Shown here piece by piece: positions 61,555-64,000 of a DNA stretch of 64,000 bases. A program made the translations under genes and the position numbers. Numbering within the stretch: position 1 is the stretch's first letter; every line of letters begins with the position of its first letter. Source of the stretch: Leucoraja erinacea (lineage: Eukaryota); assembly GCF_028641065.1 (NCBI RefSeq), contig NC_073392.1, forward strand, positions 21,886,001-21,950,000, written 5' to 3'. Below the pieces are notes generated by a model, which was given only the letters and a program-made list of their open reading frames with translations, had not been told where the DNA came from and ran no database searches.

Positions 61555-62912
61555 TAGTCAGTTATTAAAGATGGGATAGCAGCACATTTGGAAAGTGGTG
61601 AAATTATTGGACAAAGTCAGCATGGATTTACGAAAGGTAAATCATGTCTGTCGAATCTTATAGAATTTTTCGAGGATGTAACTAGTAGCGTGGATAGGGG
61701 AGAACCAGTGGATGTGGTGTATCTAGACTTCCAGAAGGCTTTCGACAAGGTCCCACATAAGAGATTAGTATACAAACTTAAAGCACACGGCATTGGGGGT
61801 TCAGTATTGATGTGGATAGAGAACTGGCTGGCAAACAGGAAGCAAAGAGTAGGAGTAAACGGGTCCTTTTCACAATGGCGGGCAGTGACTAGTGGGGTAC
61901 CGCAAGGCTCAGTGCTGGGACCCCAGCTATTTACAATATATATTAATGATCTGGATGAGGGAATTGAAGGCAATATCTCCAAGTTTGCGGATGACACTAA
62001 GCTGGGGGGCAGTGTTAGCTGTGAGGAGAATGCTAGGAGACTGCAAGGTGACTTGGATAGGCTGGGTAAGTGGGCAAATGTTTGGCAGATGCAGTATCAT
62101 GTGGATAAATGTGAGGTTTTCCATTTTGGTGGCAAAAACAGGAGAGCAGACTATTATCTAAATGGTGTCCGATTAGGAAAAGGGGAGATGCAGCGAGACT
62201 TGGGTGTCATGGTACACCAGTCATTGAAGGTAGGCATGCAGGTGCAGCAGGCAGTGAAGAAAGCGAATGGTATGTTAGCTTTCATAGCAAAAGGATTTGA
62301 GTATAGGAGCAGGGAGGTTCTACTGCAGTTGTACAGGATCTTGGTGAGACCACACCTGGAGTATTACGTACAGTTTTGGTCTCCAAATCTGAGGAAGGAC
62401 ATTATTGCCATAGAGGGAGTGCAGAGAAGGTTCACCAGACTGATTCCTGGGATGTCAGGACTGTCTTATGAAGAAAGACTGGATAGACTTGGTTTATACT
62501 CTCTAGAATTTAGGAGATTGAGAGGGGATCTTATAGAAACTACAAAATTCTTAAGGGGTTGGACAGGCTAGATGCAGGAAGATTGTTCCCGATGTTGGGG
62601 AAGTCCAGGACAAGGGGTCACAGCTTAAGGATAAGGGGGAAATCCTTTAAAGCCGAGATGAGAAAAACTTTTTTCACACAGAGAGTGGTGAATCTCTGGA
62701 ACACTCTGCCACAGAGGGTAGTTGAGGCCAGTTCATTGGCTATATTTAAGAGGGAGTTAGATGTGGCCCTTGTGGCTAAGGGGATCAGAGGGTATGGAGA
62801 GAAGGCAGGTACGGGACACTGAGTTGGATGATCAGCCATGATCATATTGAATGGCGGTGCAGGCTCGAAGGGCCGAATGGCCTACTCCTGCACCTAATTT
62901 CTATGTTTCTAT
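61555..62912 (+). mobile_element. Young 5'-truncated CR1 (HER1-like) LINE
   Basis: 327-aa ORF 61588-62571 with complete RT motifs; one frameshift near 62540; (ttctatgt)n tail. Confidence 0.95.
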
Positions 62913-62914
62913 GT

Positions 62915-63756
62915 TAATAAGGCGGCCAAGGATGGACCCGCGGTGGGTGCCGGAGGTTTGTCTGGCCCACGGTGGGCGCCAGAGGTTTGATGGGCTCGCA
63001 TTAGCAGCCGGAGGTTGGACAGGCCCACGGTGAGAGCCGGAGTTTGGACGGGCCCACGGTGGGTGCCGGAGGGTGGATGGGCCCACGGTGGGTGATGGAG
63101 GTTGGACGGGCTCACGGTGAGTGCTGGAGGGTGGATGGGCCCACGGTGGGTGATGGAGGTTGGACGGGATCACGGTGAGTGCTGGAGGTCAGATAAGCCC
63201 ACGGTGGGTGCCGTGGTTTGGAAGACCCGCGGTGGATGCCGGAGGTTGGTCGAGGACTCGCCATTGAGAACAAAGAGGGACTCGGCATGGGGGCGCTGCC
63301 AAGAGAACAAAGAGGGACACGGCGTGGTGAGGCCACCGAGTACAAAAAAAATGTGTTGATGCCTATAGAAAGTGTGACTCTTTGCATACTTTGTGCATGG
63401 TATGCAAAAAAGAATTTCTTGGCCGCGGTCTGCGGTGTTCTAGCTGCAGCGCGGCGGGTACTGTAAATCTTCGATCGCCGGCCTGCGGTCTACACCATCC
63501 TGAAGCCGCGGTCTCCGGTGGGGAAGAGCCGACTATGGACTGGCTCTGGACTCTGGTCCCGACCACGGGGGTAAATGGAGGAGGACTGGCCAATTTTTGT
63601 GCCTTCCACCACAGTGATGAATGCTGTGGTGGATGTTTGTGTTAAATTTTTATTGTGTATTGTGTGTTCTTTCTCATTGTATCACTGCTGACATATTCAT
63701 TTCACTTGCACTTTATGTGCAATGTGACGAATAAACCCGTATTGTATTGTATTGTA
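62915..63756 (+). mobile_element. Non-autonomous retroelement with internal minisatellite and Rex1-like tail
   Basis: Hairpins ccaccacag..ctgtggtgg and tgcac..gtgca, then gaataaa + (gtatt)n. Confidence 0.65.
62934..63250. repeat. ~30-bp GC-rich minisatellite, about 10 degenerate copies (gggcccacggtgggtgccggaggttggac)
   Basis: cacggtg(g/a)gtg recurs about every 29-30 bp. Confidence 0.85.
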
Positions 63757-64000
63757 TGTCCCCAACTACCCTCACCAACCTCTGCAGATGCGCCGTAGAA
63801 AGCATTTTACGGGATGCTTCACAGCATGGTTTAGGAACAGCTCCATCGAAAGCCGAAAGAAATTGCAGAGAGTTGTGGACGTAGCTCAGACCATTATGCA
63901 AACTAACCTCCCTTTCATGGACTCCATCTACACTTCACGCTGCCTCGGCGAGGCCACAAGCATAATCAAGGAACAGTCCCATCCCGGTCACACCCTGTTA
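63757..64000 (+). mobile_element. Rex1/Babar LINE ORF C-terminal fragment, runs off the window
   Basis: Encodes TLTNL.RCAVESIL...TAW...RKKLQRVV..AQ...SIIKE.SHPGHTL. Confidence 0.75.

Noticed and set aside
62934-63250. CRISPR-like array (about 30-bp periodicity)
   Set aside because: The units are contiguous degenerate repeats with no unique spacers, in a vertebrate intron; this is a minisatellite.
40064-64000. Next constitutive upstream DOCK3 exon (expected to end ...LGFPDVIMPG)
   Set aside because: Not found by manual scanning; presumed to lie beyond the window end, so not annotated.

Overview
Eukaryotic, repeat-rich genomic DNA, most likely from a cartilaginous fish. The HE1-type V-SINEs and HER1/CR1 LINEs point to a shark or ray; this is inference, not a database match. 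The whole window lies inside a large minus-strand gene that I recognise as DOCK3 (Rac GEF). Eight distinct coding exons with GT-AG ends and consistent phases encode the DHR-1/C2 domain and the following helical region (GDIRNDLY...QDHIQEAMR). The first of these exons (125 nt, not a multiple of 3) is present twice, in a near-perfect 370-bp tandem duplication. A candidate 18-nt frame-preserving neural-type microexon sits at 49343-49360 (-). The introns hold many CR1 fragments (some nested), Penelope-like pieces with hammerhead-ribozyme-like cores and target-site duplications (TSDs), Rex1/Babar tails and a family of non-autonomous elements sharing those tails. They also hold a probable RTE-X LINE, an L1-like poly(A) insert, a decayed Gypsy internal region, a truncated Tc1 transposase, Harbinger and Tc1/pogo MITEs, two non-autonomous Helitrons, and HE1 and DeuSINE-like SINEs. 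No prokaryotic features, CRISPR arrays or rRNA genes are present. Exon, terminal inverted repeat (TIR) and TSD coordinates were counted by hand; the boundaries of old repeats are approximate.
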